Source: an uncultured delta proteobacterium (GTDB taxonomy: Bacteria; Myxococcota_A; Polyangia; Palsa-1104). Taken from it: DNA of 64,000 nucleotides. The notes below the pieces were generated by a model that worked only from the letters and a program-made list of their open reading frames with translations, searched no databases and was not told the origin of the DNA. The stretch lies in contig CAWAWS010000039.1 of the NCBI GenBank assembly GCA_963785725.1, forward strand, positions 352,001-416,000. Reading direction: 5' to 3'. The translations under genes and the position numbers were made by a program. Shown here piece by piece: positions 37,401 through 47,564 of this stretch; position 1 is the first letter of the stretch, and each line of letters begins with the position of its first letter.

Positions 37401-38860
37401 TGTTGGTGCCCAAGTCGCTAGCGGTCCTGATCGCCGGGCGCGTCGACGACGTGCTGGTGCTGCGCCGTCTGTTGCGCGAGACGAGCTATCGCGTCGACGG
37501 CGTCACCGGCGCCACGCAGGCGCTGCGCGCGATCACGCAGCACAGCTACAGCGCCGTCGTCGCCGATGACGATCAGATTCAGGGGCTGAGCGGCGCCAAG
37601 CTGCTGTCGCACGTCGAGGAGCTGCAGCCGGGGGCGCTGCGGCTGCTCATCGCGCCGCGCGAACGGCGGCCGCAGCTGGCGAATCAGTCGCTGAGCGGCC
37701 GCTTTCAGCTGTTCGTGCGGCCCTATTTCGCGGCGCCGATTCGCGACGCGCTGGTGGCGCACGAGCGCGCGGCGTCGTCGCGGCGGCGCACCAACGTGCA
37801 CGACGAGGATTCGGCGCCGCCGGTGGAGTCGCGCCGCGAGCCGCCGCGCGAGCGCGAGGCGCCGCGACCGTCGCGCGAGCCGATGCGCGAGCAGGCCCGC
37901 CAGGCGCGCGAAGTGGCGCGCGAGCCGCAGCGCCAGGCGCGCGAAGTGGCGCGCGAGCCGCAGCTGCGCGAGCAGGCGCGAGAGCTCGTGCGCGACGTGG
38001 CGCGTGAAGCGGCGCGCGAGCCGGTCCGTCGTGACGGCGGCGAGCGCGAACGGCCACGGCGCAGCGACCGCTCGCGCAAGATCGACGTGCGGCCGCCGAA
38101 GAGGTCGGCGCCGGCGCACGAAAGCTACGAGGAGAGCACGGTCGCGTTCGGCGGCGGCAACGCCATCGTCGAAGACGACACCAAGCCTTACGCGCTCGTC
38201 TCGGGCGGCACCGTCGCCCGCCGGCGCCTCTTGTTGACGATGGCGGAGCTGGCGGAGGCGACGCTCGGTCACGGCTCGGGCCACGCCTTGCGAGTCGCGG
38301 CGCTGGCGGTGGCGCTCGGTCGCGCCATCGGGCTCAGCCCGGCCGACGTCGACGCGCTCGACGAAGCGGCGCTGTTGCACGACGTGGGCGAGCTGGCGGC
38401 GAGCATCAGCTTGTGGCGCGTGCCGCGACGGCTGAATCAGGCCGAGCTGCAGCAGGTGCATCTGCACGCGCAGGCGAGCCACGTCGTCGCGCAGCGCTGC
38501 GGCGCGGCCAAGCCGGCCTTGTTGGCCGTGCGCCACCATCACGAGCGCTGGGACGGTCGCGGCTATCCCGACGGGCTGGCGCGCGCCGCGATCCCCGTGA
38601 CCGCGCGCGTGCTCGCCGTCGCCGACACGTGGGACGCGCTGGCGACGGCGCGCCCTTATCGCGACAAGCAGCCGCTGGCGCAGTGCGCGCGGACGTTGCG
38701 CGCCGCTGGCGGGCTGCAGCTCGATCCGGCGCTCGTCGAGCTGTTCCTGGCGCGCCGCATTCACGACGCCATCGACTGGGCCGATCCGCCGCGCGCCGCC
38801 GATCTCTTGCCGCCGGCGAGCGCCAAGACCTCGGCACCGCGACGCGCCCGCACCGGCTGA
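37400..38860 (+). CDS. Degenerate receiver + HD-GYP phosphodiesterase-domain protein
   Basis: GHALRVA, LLHDVGE, HHHERWDGRGYPDGL, AVADTWDAL, RPY; long charged linker. Confidence 0.85.
   Translation: MLVPKSLAVLIAGRVDDVLVLRRLLRETSYRVDGVTGATQALRAITQHSYSAVVADDDQIQGLSGAKLLSHVEELQPGALRLLIAPRERRPQLANQSLSGRFQLFVRPYFAAPIRDALVAHERAASSRRRTNVHDEDSAPPVESRREPPREREAPRPSREPMREQARQAREVAREPQRQAREVAREPQLREQARELVRDVAREAAREPVRRDGGERERPRRSDRSRKIDVRPPKRSAPAHESYEESTVAFGGGNAIVEDDTKPYALVSGGTVARRRLLLTMAELAEATLGHGSGHALRVAALAVALGRAIGLSPADVDALDEAALLHDVGELAASISLWRVPRRLNQAELQQVHLHAQASHVVAQRCGAAKPALLAVRHHHERWDGRGYPDGLARAAIPVTARVLAVADTWDALATARPYRDKQPLAQCARTLRAAGGLQLDPALVELFLARRIHDAIDWADPPRAADLLPPASAKTSAPRRARTG
37898..37963 (+). 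repeat. In-frame 33-nt tandem duplication (RQAREVAREPQ x2)
   Basis: CGCCAGGCGCGCGAAGTGGCGCGCGAGCCGCAG at 37898-37930 and 37931-37963. Confidence 0.9.
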
Positions 38861-38864
38861 TTCG

Positions 38865-39356
38865 CTACAGTTTTCGTTGCATGAGGAGGAGGTCGAGCCA
38901 CTGGTCATGCTTGAAGCCGACCGCAGGCAGGCGACCGACCTCGACGAAGCCGTGCCGCGCGTGCAGCGCGACCGAGCCCGCTTGCTCGGCCGAAATGCCC
39001 GCCATCACCGTCTTCAGCTGCAGCTTCTGCGCGCGTTCCAAGAGGTCGGCCAAGAGCGCGCCGCCGATGCCGAGCCGCTGGCGATCGTGGCGCACATACA
39101 CCGAGTTCTCGACGGTGAAGCGATAGCCTTCGCGCGGCCGAAACGGACCCAAGCTGCCATAGCCGACGACCTCGCCGGCGCGCTCGGCGACGATGACGGG
39201 ATGCGTCGGCGGGCGATCGACGAACCAACCGTGACGCTCGTCCACCGTCGTGTGCGCGTACTGCCACGTGCAGGTCGAGACGTCGACATAGTGGTTGTAG
39301 ATGGCATTGATGGCGTCGAGATCGTTCGCGGTCGCCGCGCGGATCGAGAGCGTCAT
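38865..39356 (-). CDS. GNAT acetyltransferase (YncA/phosphinothricin acetyltransferase-like)
   Basis: IYNHYV, GYRFTVENSVYV, GIGGAL, SVALHARHGF, VGFKHDQWLD. Confidence 0.92.
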   Translation of the reverse strand: MTLSIRAATANDLDAINAIYNHYVDVSTCTWQYAHTTVDERHGWFVDRPPTHPVIVAERAGEVVGYGSLGPFRPREGYRFTVENSVYVRHDRQRLGIGGALLADLLERAQKLQLKTVMAGISAEQAGSVALHARHGFVEVGRLPAVGFKHDQWLDLLLMQRKL

Positions 39357-39464
39357 GCCGTAAATCTTAGCGCCGTCGCGTTTCGCGCGCGTTGCCAGAA
39401 CCGCGCGACCGCATTACAGTCGATGTCGCGCGCCGTTTAATGTCGTGCGCGAAGTAGGGGGACG

Positions 39465-41246
39465 ATGTCCACCGACACTTCCGATCCGCGCTACTACCAT
39501 CGCGTCGTCGACTGTCAGTGGGCCTGTCCGGCTCACACCAACGTGCCGGAGTACATTCGGCTGATCGCGCAAGGGCGCTTCACCGAGTCGTACCTGCTCA
39601 ACCGCGCGTCCAACGTCTTCCCCGGCATTTTGGGGCGCACGTGCGATCGACCGTGCGAGCCCGCCTGTCGTCGCGGCCGCGTCGACGGCAAGCCGGTGGC
39701 CATCTGTCGCCTCAAGCGCGTCGCCGCCGACTTGAGCGATCACGACGAGGTGCGCAAGCAGCTGCCGCCGATCCCCAAGCGCAAGAACGGCAAGCGCGTG
39801 GCGCTCGTCGGCGCCGGGCCGGCGTCGCTGACGGTGGCCAACGATTTGATGCCGCTCGGCTACGAGGTCGTGCTCTTCGAGAAGCTGTCGCAGGCGGGCG
39901 GGCTCATGCGCGTCAACATCCCGTCGTTTCGCCTGCCGTCGCAGGTGCTCGACGACGAAGTGAACATGATCCTCGACATGGGCGTCGACATTCGCTACGG
40001 CACGCCCATTCACAGCCTGAAGAAGCTCGTCGAGGACTCGTTCGACGCCGTGTTCGTCGGCTCGGGCGCGCCGCGCGGCAAGAACTTGGAGGTGCCCGGC
40101 CGCTACGACTCCGATCGCATCCACATCGGCATCGACTGGCTGGAGTCGGTGCACTTCGGCCACGTCACCAGCGTCGGCAAGCGCGTCCTCATCATCGGCG
40201 TCGGCAACACGGCCATGGACTGCTGCCGCTCGGCCAAGCGGCTCGGCGCCGACGACGTCAAGGTCATCGGCAGAAAGCCGCGCAAGTACTTCAAGGCGTC
40301 GCCGTGGGAGCTCGATGACGCCGAAGAGGAGCGCGTCGACATTTTGGAGAATTATTCTCCATTACGCTTCGTCATCGAGGACGGCAAGCTGACCGGCATG
40401 GAGCTCGAGCGCTTCTCGTCGCGGGAAGTGAACGGCAAGCTCGAGCAGCAGTCGCTCGATCGCGTGGTCTTGCCGTGCGACGACGTCATCCTCGCCATCG
40501 GTCAGGAGAACGCGTTTCCGTGGATCGAGCGCGACATCGGCCTCGACTTCGAGCGCGACATGCCCAAAGTCGACCGCGCCACGTTTCAGTCGACGCGCGC
40601 CGGCGTCTTCTTCGGCGGCGACGCGGCCTTCGGGCCCGAGAACATCATCTGGGCGGTCGAGCACGGCCATCAGGCGGCGATCTCGATCGACGCGCACTGT
40701 CATCAGCGGCCGGTTCACGAGCGTCCCGCCGATCGCATGCAGCTGCACGGCACGAAGATGGGCCTGCACGAGTGGAGCTACTCGAACGACTACTCGGGCG
40801 CCAAGCGCGCCAAGATGGAGCACGTCGAGCTGGAGAAGCGGCTCACGAGCTTGAACCTGGAGGTCGAGCTCGGCTTCTCGGCCGCGCAGACGGTGGCCGA
40901 GGTCGAGCGCTGCCTCAACTGCGACGTGCAGACGGCGTTCACCGAGTCGGCGTGCATCGAGTGTGACGCCTGCATCGACGTCTGCCCGATGGACTGTCTG
41001 ACGATCACCAAGATCGAGCCCGAGCCGGAGCTGCGCACGCGCTTGATGGCGCCGGCGCTGAACGTGAAGCAGCCGCTCTTGGTGTCGGGCGGGCTCAAAC
41101 AGACCGGCCGCGTGATGATCAAGGACGAGGACGTGTGCCTGCATTGCGGCCTGTGCGCCGAGCGCTGCCCGACGAGCGCGTGGGACATGCAGCGCTTCGT
41201 GCTCATCCATCCGCACGCCTTTGCCGCCGAAAAGGTGCCGACATGA
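39465..41246 (+). CDS. GltD-like FAD/NAD(P)H oxidoreductase with C-terminal ferredoxin domain
   Basis: CQWACPAH, GRTCDRPCEPAC, GAGPA, GVGNTAMDC, RCLNC, CIECDACIDVCP, CLHCGLCAERCP. Confidence 0.92.
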   Translation: MSTDTSDPRYYHRVVDCQWACPAHTNVPEYIRLIAQGRFTESYLLNRASNVFPGILGRTCDRPCEPACRRGRVDGKPVAICRLKRVAADLSDHDEVRKQLPPIPKRKNGKRVALVGAGPASLTVANDLMPLGYEVVLFEKLSQAGGLMRVNIPSFRLPSQVLDDEVNMILDMGVDIRYGTPIHSLKKLVEDSFDAVFVGSGAPRGKNLEVPGRYDSDRIHIGIDWLESVHFGHVTSVGKRVLIIGVGNTAMDCCRSAKRLGADDVKVIGRKPRKYFKASPWELDDAEEERVDILENYSPLRFVIEDGKLTGMELERFSSREVNGKLEQQSLDRVVLPCDDVILAIGQENAFPWIERDIGLDFERDMPKVDRATFQSTRAGVFFGGDAAFGPENIIWAVEHGHQAAISIDAHCHQRPVHERPADRMQLHGTKMGLHEWSYSNDYSGAKRAKMEHVELEKRLTSLNLEVELGFSAAQTVAEVERCLNCDVQTAFTESACIECDACIDVCPMDCLTITKIEPEPELRTRLMAPALNVKQPLLVSGGLKQTGRVMIKDEDVCLHCGLCAERCPTSAWDMQRFVLIHPHAFAAEKVPT

Positions 41247-43081
41247 GCCAAGCGGAAGCGCTCGTGAGCCCGAAGACGGGCGGACGGGTCAACGACTTCG
41301 CCTTCAAGATCGCCACGCCCAACGGCTCGGGCTCGGCGTCGGCCAACGGCCTGCTCATGCAGGCGATCTTCCGCATGGGCGTGCCGGTGTCGGGCAAGAA
41401 CGTCTTTCCCTCGAACATTCAGGGCCTGCCGACGTGGTACGAGATCCGCGTCAACAAAGACGGCCACACGGCGCGCACGCCCGACTTCGACTTGATGGTC
41501 GCGCTCAATCCGGCGACCTATGCGCGCGACATCGCCGAGGTGCGCGCCGGCGGCTGGCTCGTGCACGACTCGACCTGGCCGCTGCCGCGCGAGCTCACGC
41601 GCGCCGACGTGACGATGATCCCGATCCCGCTGGCGGCTTTGTGCAACGAGGCCTTCGACGGCGGGCGCGAGCGCGTGCTCATGAAGAACATCGCCTACGC
41701 CGGCGCGTTGGCGGCGCTGCTCGACATGGATCTCGAGATCATCAAGCAGCTGCTCAACGAAAAATACGGCAAGAAAGCGGCGCTGATGGCGTCGAACGAG
41801 CGCGCCATTCAGATCGGCTATCAATACGCGAAACAGCACTTTACCTGTCCCTTGCCGGCGCATTTGGCGCGGCTCGAGGCCACGCGCGATCACATCCTGC
41901 TCGACGGCAACACGGCGGCGGCGCTGGGCTGCGTCTACGCCGGCGCCACCGTCGGCGCCTGGTATCCGATCACGCCGTCGACGTCGCTGATGGAGGGCTT
42001 CAAGTCGTTCTGCCAGCGCTTCCGCGAAGAGCCGGACGGCACCAAGCGCTACGCCATCCTGCAGGCCGAGGACGAGCTGTCGGCCATCGGCATGGTCATC
42101 GGCGCGTCGTGGGCCGGCGCGCGCGCCTTCACGCCGACCAGCGGTCCCGGCATCTCGCTCATGTCGGAGTTCGTCGGCCTCGCCTATTACGCGGAGATTC
42201 CCGCCGTCCTGTTCGACGTGCAGCGCACCGGGCCGTCGACGGGCATGCCGACGCGCACGCAGCAGGGCGACATCCTCTTGTGCGCGTTCGCGTCGCACGG
42301 CGACACCAAGCACCTGCTGCTGTTCCCGGCCAATCCCGAGGAATGCTTCTACATGGCGGTCAACGCCTTCGACTTGGCCGATCGCTTTCAGACGCCCGTG
42401 TTCGTGCTCTCCGATCTCGACATCGGCATGAACGACTGGATGGTCAAGAACCTGCAATGGGACGACGCCTATCAGCCCGATCGCGGCAAGGTCTTGAGCG
42501 CGGGCGAGATCGAGCAGCTCAAGGTGTTTCACCGCTACGTCGACGCCGACGGCGACGGCATCGCCGCGCGCACGCTGCCCGGCGTGCATCCCAAGGGCGC
42601 CTTCTTCACGCGCGGCTCGGGGCACAACAAGCTCGGCGGCTACACCGAAGACTCGGCCGAATACGTCGAGGTCGTCGACCGCATCGCGCGCAAGATCAAT
42701 CGCGCCGCCGAGTTCGTGCCGGCGCCGATCGTCAAGAGCGTCGGCCATTCGCGCGGCCTCATCACCGTCGGCAGCTGTGACGGCGCGGCCAAAGAGGCGC
42801 TGGAGGAGCTGGCGCGCCGCGACATCGGGCTCGACTATCTGCGCGTGCGCGGCTTCCCGTTCGCGCAGGCCATTCACGACTTCATCGCGCAGCACGAGGA
42901 GGTCTTCGTCGTCGAGGCCAACCGCGACGGCCAGCTGCGCACGCTGTTGCAGCTCGAGACCGGCGTCGCGCCGACGAAGCTGCCGTCGGTGCGCTATTAC
43001 GGCGGCTTTCCCATGTCGAGCCACCACATCGTCAGCGGCGTGTTGGCGCACTTGGCGAAGAAAGAAGAGGGCCGGTCATGA
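41243..43081 (+). CDS. korA: 2-oxoacid:acceptor oxidoreductase alpha subunit
   Basis: FPSNIQGLPT, WYPITP, QAEDE, TSGPG, VQRTGPSTGMPT. Confidence 0.93.
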   Translation: MSQAEALVSPKTGGRVNDFAFKIATPNGSGSASANGLLMQAIFRMGVPVSGKNVFPSNIQGLPTWYEIRVNKDGHTARTPDFDLMVALNPATYARDIAEVRAGGWLVHDSTWPLPRELTRADVTMIPIPLAALCNEAFDGGRERVLMKNIAYAGALAALLDMDLEIIKQLLNEKYGKKAALMASNERAIQIGYQYAKQHFTCPLPAHLARLEATRDHILLDGNTAAALGCVYAGATVGAWYPITPSTSLMEGFKSFCQRFREEPDGTKRYAILQAEDELSAIGMVIGASWAGARAFTPTSGPGISLMSEFVGLAYYAEIPAVLFDVQRTGPSTGMPTRTQQGDILLCAFASHGDTKHLLLFPANPEECFYMAVNAFDLADRFQTPVFVLSDLDIGMNDWMVKNLQWDDAYQPDRGKVLSAGEIEQLKVFHRYVDADGDGIAARTLPGVHPKGAFFTRGSGHNKLGGYTEDSAEYVEVVDRIARKINRAAEFVPAPIVKSVGHSRGLITVGSCDGAAKEALEELARRDIGLDYLRVRGFPFAQAIHDFIAQHEEVFVVEANRDGQLRTLLQLETGVAPTKLPSVRYYGGFPMSSHHIVSGVLAHLAKKEEGRS

Positions 43082-44130
43082 CCTACATCGCCAAGCCCAA
43101 AGTGCACCACCCGAGCATGCAGAAGAACGCGCTCGGCCTCACGCGCCGCGACTACGAAGGCGCGATGTCGACGCTCTGCGCCGGCTGCGGTCACGACTCG
43201 GTGACGGCGGCGATCGTGCAGACGTTCTGGGAGCTCGACGTGCCGCCGCATCGCGTGGCCAAGCTCTCGGGCATCGGCTGCTCGTCGAAGACGCCGACCT
43301 ATTTTCTACGCGAGGCGCACGGCTTCAACAGCGTGCACGGGCGCATGCCGTCGATCGCGACCGGCGCCAACGCGGCCAATCACGAGCTCGTCTACATCGG
43401 CATCAGCGGCGACGGCGATTCGCTGTCGATCGGCCTCGGCCAGCTGTGCCACGTCATTCGCCGCAACGTCAACATGCTCTACGTGTGCGAGAACAACGGC
43501 GTCTACGGCCTGACCAAAGGGCAATTCTCGGCCTCGGCCGACAAGGGCTCGCTGGCGAAGAAGGGCGAAGCCAACGCCTTCGACGCCATCGACGGCGCGC
43601 TGCTCGCGTTGACGCTCGGCGCCACCTTCGTCGCGCGCAGCTTCTCGGGCGACAAGGAGCAGCTCGTGCCGATCTTGAAGGCGGGCCTCAAGCATAAAGG
43701 CTTCGCCTTCATCGACGTCATTTCGCCCTGCGTCACCTTCAACGATCACGATGGCTCGACGAAGTCCTACGCGCACACGCGCGAGCACGATCATGACGTG
43801 GCCGACATCGACTTCGTGCCGCTGCGCCGCGAGATCACGATGCCGCCGGCGCCCGACCAACAGACGCTGACGCTGCATGACGGCTCGCAAGTGCGCTTCC
43901 GCCGCGTCGAAGCGGGCTACGATCCGACCGACCGCGACAAAGCCTACGGTTACATCCGTCAGCATCAGCAAGCGGGCGAAGTCGTCACCGGGCTCTTGTA
44001 TTTGCAGCCGGACGGCCAGGATTTGCACGACGTGAACAAGACGGTGGCGACGCCGCTGGCGCAGCTCGGGTACGACCGGCTCACACCCGGCGCCGCGGCG
44101 CTGGCGCAATTGCAGAAGCGCTGGCGTTGA
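43078..44130 (+). CDS. korB: 2-oxoacid:ferredoxin oxidoreductase beta subunit
   Basis: CAGCGH, SGIGCS, HGR, GDGDSLSIG, NNGVYGLTKGQ, SPCVTFN. Confidence 0.93.
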   Translation: MTYIAKPKVHHPSMQKNALGLTRRDYEGAMSTLCAGCGHDSVTAAIVQTFWELDVPPHRVAKLSGIGCSSKTPTYFLREAHGFNSVHGRMPSIATGANAANHELVYIGISGDGDSLSIGLGQLCHVIRRNVNMLYVCENNGVYGLTKGQFSASADKGSLAKKGEANAFDAIDGALLALTLGATFVARSFSGDKEQLVPILKAGLKHKGFAFIDVISPCVTFNDHDGSTKSYAHTREHDHDVADIDFVPLRREITMPPAPDQQTLTLHDGSQVRFRRVEAGYDPTDRDKAYGYIRQHQQAGEVVTGLLYLQPDGQDLHDVNKTVATPLAQLGYDRLTPGAAALAQLQKRWR

Positions 44131-44161
44131 ATCGGGCCAAGACCTGAGTAGAACCTCTTCG

Positions 44162-44605
44162 ATGAGTGTCTTGATCATCGAAGACGACGAGGGCGTACGG
44201 CATTCGCTGGCGGAGCTGCTGTACGAAGAGGGCTACGACGTCCAACTCGCCGGCGACGGCTCGGACGCGCTGGCGCTGCTGCAAGAAGAGCCGTTGCCGT
44301 CGCTGATCTTGCTCGACCTTATGATGCCGACGATGAATGGCGGCGAATTTCGCGCGCGGCAGCTGTCCGATCCGCGGCTGGCGAGCATTCCGGTCATCGT
44401 CGTGTCGGCGCGGCCCGACGTGAGCGAGCGCGCGAAGGAGCTGGCGGCGGATGACTTTCTGATGAAGCCGATGAGCTTCGAGGCGCTGATTCACGTCGTG
44501 CAGAACCGCGCCATCACCGTCGTGACGTCGACGTCGCTGCCGGGCAAGCCGAAGACGCTGGCCGAAGCGTGGCGAACGCTCAAGCCAGCGTCGCGCGACG
44601 ACTGA
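44162..44605 (+). CDS. Single-domain response regulator
   Basis: LIIEDD, LLDLMMPTMNG, VVSA, LMKP. Confidence 0.9.
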   Translation: MSVLIIEDDEGVRHSLAELLYEEGYDVQLAGDGSDALALLQEEPLPSLILLDLMMPTMNGGEFRARQLSDPRLASIPVIVVSARPDVSERAKELAADDFLMKPMSFEALIHVVQNRAITVVTSTSLPGKPKTLAEAWRTLKPASRDD

Positions 44606-44606
44606 A

Positions 44607-44756
44607 TTAGTCTTTGATGTTGAGGGCGCCGACGAGCGCGGCGATGAAGATGAGCACGGCCGTGCCGGCGACGAAGTACAAAAAGCCACCGACGACCGGG
44701 TTGATTTTGATGCCACCGGCGAGCATCTCTTCGGGCACGAAATTGAGCGCGAGCAT
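44607..44756 (-). CDS. Small single-TM membrane protein (49 aa)
   Basis: GAGGA RBS before ATG; MLALNFVPEEMLAGGIKINPVVGGFLYFVAGTAVLIFIAALVGALNIKD. Confidence 0.65.
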   Translation of the reverse strand: MLALNFVPEEMLAGGIKINPVVGGFLYFVAGTAVLIFIAALVGALNIKD

Positions 44757-44927
44757 GGTTATCCTCGAGTGACCAAGTTCGGCGCGCACCCTATCACAGC
44801 CCGGCGCCGCTGTCTCGCGTGGCGCCAAAGCAGGAGCTGACGTAGGCTGAGCACGCACGTTGTCGCCGCGCGGAAGGTCTTTACGACGGTCGCGACTTGG
44901 CGGCAAAGTAAGGGGCGGAGCACAGCA

Positions 44928-45320
44928 ATGCAGACGGTGCTGGTGGTGGAAGATGACGACGATCTGCGCGAAGTCGTGACGCAGACGTTGGAGCGCAACG
45001 GCTTTCGGGTCTTCAGCGCGCGCGACGGCCAAGATGCGCTCGAGCGGCTGGCCGATCATCCGGGACCTTGTTTGATCCTGCTCGATCTGATGATGCCACG
45101 CATGAGCGGCTGGGAATTTCGCCGCCGCCAGCTGGCCGATCCGCGCTTCGCCGAGATGCCGGTCGTCGTCATGACGGCCACGGCGACGCTCGACGAAGCG
45201 GCGATCCACGCCGACGATATTCTGCGCAAGCCGCTCTCGTTCGCCTCGCTGCTCACGGCCGTCAAACGCTACGCGCCGAACGAGCCCGACAATCTCCGCA
45301 CCAGCTCTTCGTCGCGCTGA
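44928..45320 (+). CDS. Single-domain response regulator
   Basis: LVVEDD, LLDLMMPRMSGWEF, VMTA, LRKP. Confidence 0.9.
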   Translation: MQTVLVVEDDDDLREVVTQTLERNGFRVFSARDGQDALERLADHPGPCLILLDLMMPRMSGWEFRRRQLADPRFAEMPVVVMTATATLDEAAIHADDILRKPLSFASLLTAVKRYAPNEPDNLRTSSSSR

Positions 45321-45329
45321 ATCGAGAAG

Positions 45330-47564
45330 CTAACGTTCGTGGTGGTTGAACGGCAGCTTGAGCGCGAGCTCGATCGTGCCCAGCACGCGCACGCCTTCGA
45401 TCTGGTAGTCGAACGGAAAGCGATCGGTCTTCAAATAGAAGCCCTTGGTGTTCGTGATGTTCGTGCCCTGCACGCCGACGCGCAGCCAATCGGTGATGCG
45501 ATAGCTGAGGCGCGCGTCGAGCGTCGCCCACGGCGCCACCGACATCGGGCGATAGGCGGCGGTCGGGCTGACCGTGCCGTCGGGGTCGTAAATGTCGCTC
45601 GGCCGGCGGTAGACGCGGCCTTGATAATGGCCCTGCAGCGACGCGCCGAAGCCGTGGCCGTTGTAAGCGACGCCGATATTGAAGACGTGCTGCGGCGCCC
45701 ACGGCAAGACGGTCGACTTCGTGATCGTCGTGTCGATGACGGTCTCGTTGACGAGATGCGCCCACGTGTAATTGACGAAGCCGCTCAGCAGATCGAGTGA
45801 CGACAAGGGCGCGTCCCACAAGATCTCGGTCTCGATGCCGGTGATGGTGTCGCTGTCGAGGTTGGTGGCGAAGTTGGGCTGCGCCGCCGAGAAGTCGATG
45901 GGGTTCTCGTTCTTCTGCCAGTACCAATCGAGCCGCAGATCCAAGTGCGAGAGCACGGCGTAGTCGCCCGCCAGCGTGTACACCGTCAGCTGCTCGGGCT
46001 TGGTGCGATTGATGTTCGACGTGATGAACAGCGTGTTGGCGCCGAACAGCTCCGACGGCGCCGGCGCGCGAAACGCACGCTCCACCATCGCCTTGAAGAC
46101 GAGCTGGTCGCGCCACGGATGCACCAAGAGGGCGACGCGCGGGCTGAACTGCTGGAACGTCTTGGAGTCGACCGGGTGCAGCGCCGAGGTCAGATCTTCG
46201 TAGCTGAAGGCCTCGACGTCGTAGCGCAGGCCTGCCGTCGCCGACAGGATGCGGTGAAACATGCGGCCGGTGGCCACTTGCGTGTAGATGCCGACGTTGT
46301 CGACGGGGTGGTCGAGGATCGGCTGCAGCGCCGGCGGCAGCGGCGTCAGCTGATTGCCGGGAAACGGCAGCTGCGTGCCGCCCACCGATAGATCGGCGGT
46401 CGCTTCGTGCTGGTGATCGCCGGTGTAGATGAACAGCCGATTTTCGACGCCGGCCAGCACCGTCAGCTCGCGCCAGACGCGCCACGTCGCCTGCGCCCGC
46501 GCGAAGATGACGTTCGTCTCGTTGTCGAGCACCTCGTTGAGGCCGTCGGGAAAATTGACCGCGCCGTTCGGCAACAGGCGGGCGTGATAGTCGACCTCTT
46601 GGCGCTGCCACATGAGCAGGAACTCGGTCGACAAACGCTCGTGCAAGAACGGATGCGGCTTGTAGCTCAGCGACGCGATCTGCACGTTCGTCGCCATCTG
46701 CTCCGGCTGATCGGGGATCTGGAAGAGCCAGCCTTGGCCGGTGCCGAACTTCCAATATTGATAATGGAACTGCAGCTGCAAGCCGCTCAAGCTGCCTTTG
46801 CCGTCGATCTTGGCGAAGACGTAGTCGCTCGAGCTCTTGTCGTTGGTCTCGAACTTCTCCAAGCGGCCGAAGGCGTCGACGCGGCCCGAGCCGTCGTAAG
46901 ACATGTAGTGGTTGCCGTCGCTCTCCGTGTGGTTGTAGGCGACGATGAACGAGAACGGCGTGAAGACGTGCGCGGCCATGAGGTCGTAGATCTGCCGGCC
47001 GTCGTTGCCGATGCGCACCTGCGCCGCTGCCGGCCGATCGTTCGACGCCGTGATCGTGCGCAAGGCGACGATGCCGTTCATCGCCGTCGAGCCGTAGAGC
47101 GCCGAGCCCGGCCCGCGCGTCACTTCCATCGTCTCCACCATGTACAAGGGCGTGATGTCCCAGGTATAGGCGGTCAAGTTGACGTTGTTGTTGTGCGGCA
47201 CGCCGTCGATGAGCAGCATGAGGTGGTTGTTGTTCCACCCTTCGTGCAGGCCGCGCGCGCTCACCGTCGTGCGCTCGAAGTCCTGCGACGGCGCGAAGCC
47301 CGGCTGACGGAAGAGCACGTCGTTGGCGCTGGTCCAGCCGTAGGCCTCGATCTGCTCGCGCGAGATGGCGGCGCCGACGGTGGGCGCGTCGCGCAGCGGC
47401 AGCAGCTGCTTCGACGGCGCTTCCACTTGGATCTCCATCAGATCTTCGAGCCGCAGCGAGCCCAGCTCTTCGTTCGACGGCGCTTCCGCCCGCGCCTCGC
47501 CGGCGCCGAGCAGCGCGCCACACGCCAACGCGCCCGCCAAGACGCTGCGCAGCACGACGCTCAC
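45330..47564 (-). CDS. TonB-dependent receptor
   Basis: Signal peptide; SLRLEDLMEIQVEAPSK, plug LLIDGVP and EVTRGPGSALYG; barrel AFRAP, NITN. Confidence 0.93.
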   Translation of the reverse strand: MSVVLRSVLAGALACGALLGAGEARAEAPSNEELGSLRLEDLMEIQVEAPSKQLLPLRDAPTVGAAISREQIEAYGWTSANDVLFRQPGFAPSQDFERTTVSARGLHEGWNNNHLMLLIDGVPHNNNVNLTAYTWDITPLYMVETMEVTRGPGSALYGSTAMNGIVALRTITASNDRPAAAQVRIGNDGRQIYDLMAAHVFTPFSFIVAYNHTESDGNHYMSYDGSGRVDAFGRLEKFETNDKSSSDYVFAKIDGKGSLSGLQLQFHYQYWKFGTGQGWLFQIPDQPEQMATNVQIASLSYKPHPFLHERLSTEFLLMWQRQEVDYHARLLPNGAVNFPDGLNEVLDNETNVIFARAQATWRVWRELTVLAGVENRLFIYTGDHQHEATADLSVGGTQLPFPGNQLTPLPPALQPILDHPVDNVGIYTQVATGRMFHRILSATAGLRYDVEAFSYEDLTSALHPVDSKTFQQFSPRVALLVHPWRDQLVFKAMVERAFRAPAPSELFGANTLFITSNINRTKPEQLTVYTLAGDYAVLSHLDLRLDWYWQKNENPIDFSAAQPNFATNLDSDTITGIETEILWDAPLSSLDLLSGFVNYTWAHLVNETVIDTTITKSTVLPWAPQHVFNIGVAYNGHGFGASLQGHYQGRVYRRPSDIYDPDGTVSPTAAYRPMSVAPWATLDARLSYRITDWLRVGVQGTNITNTKGFYLKTDRFPFDYQIEGVRVLGTIELALKLPFNHHER

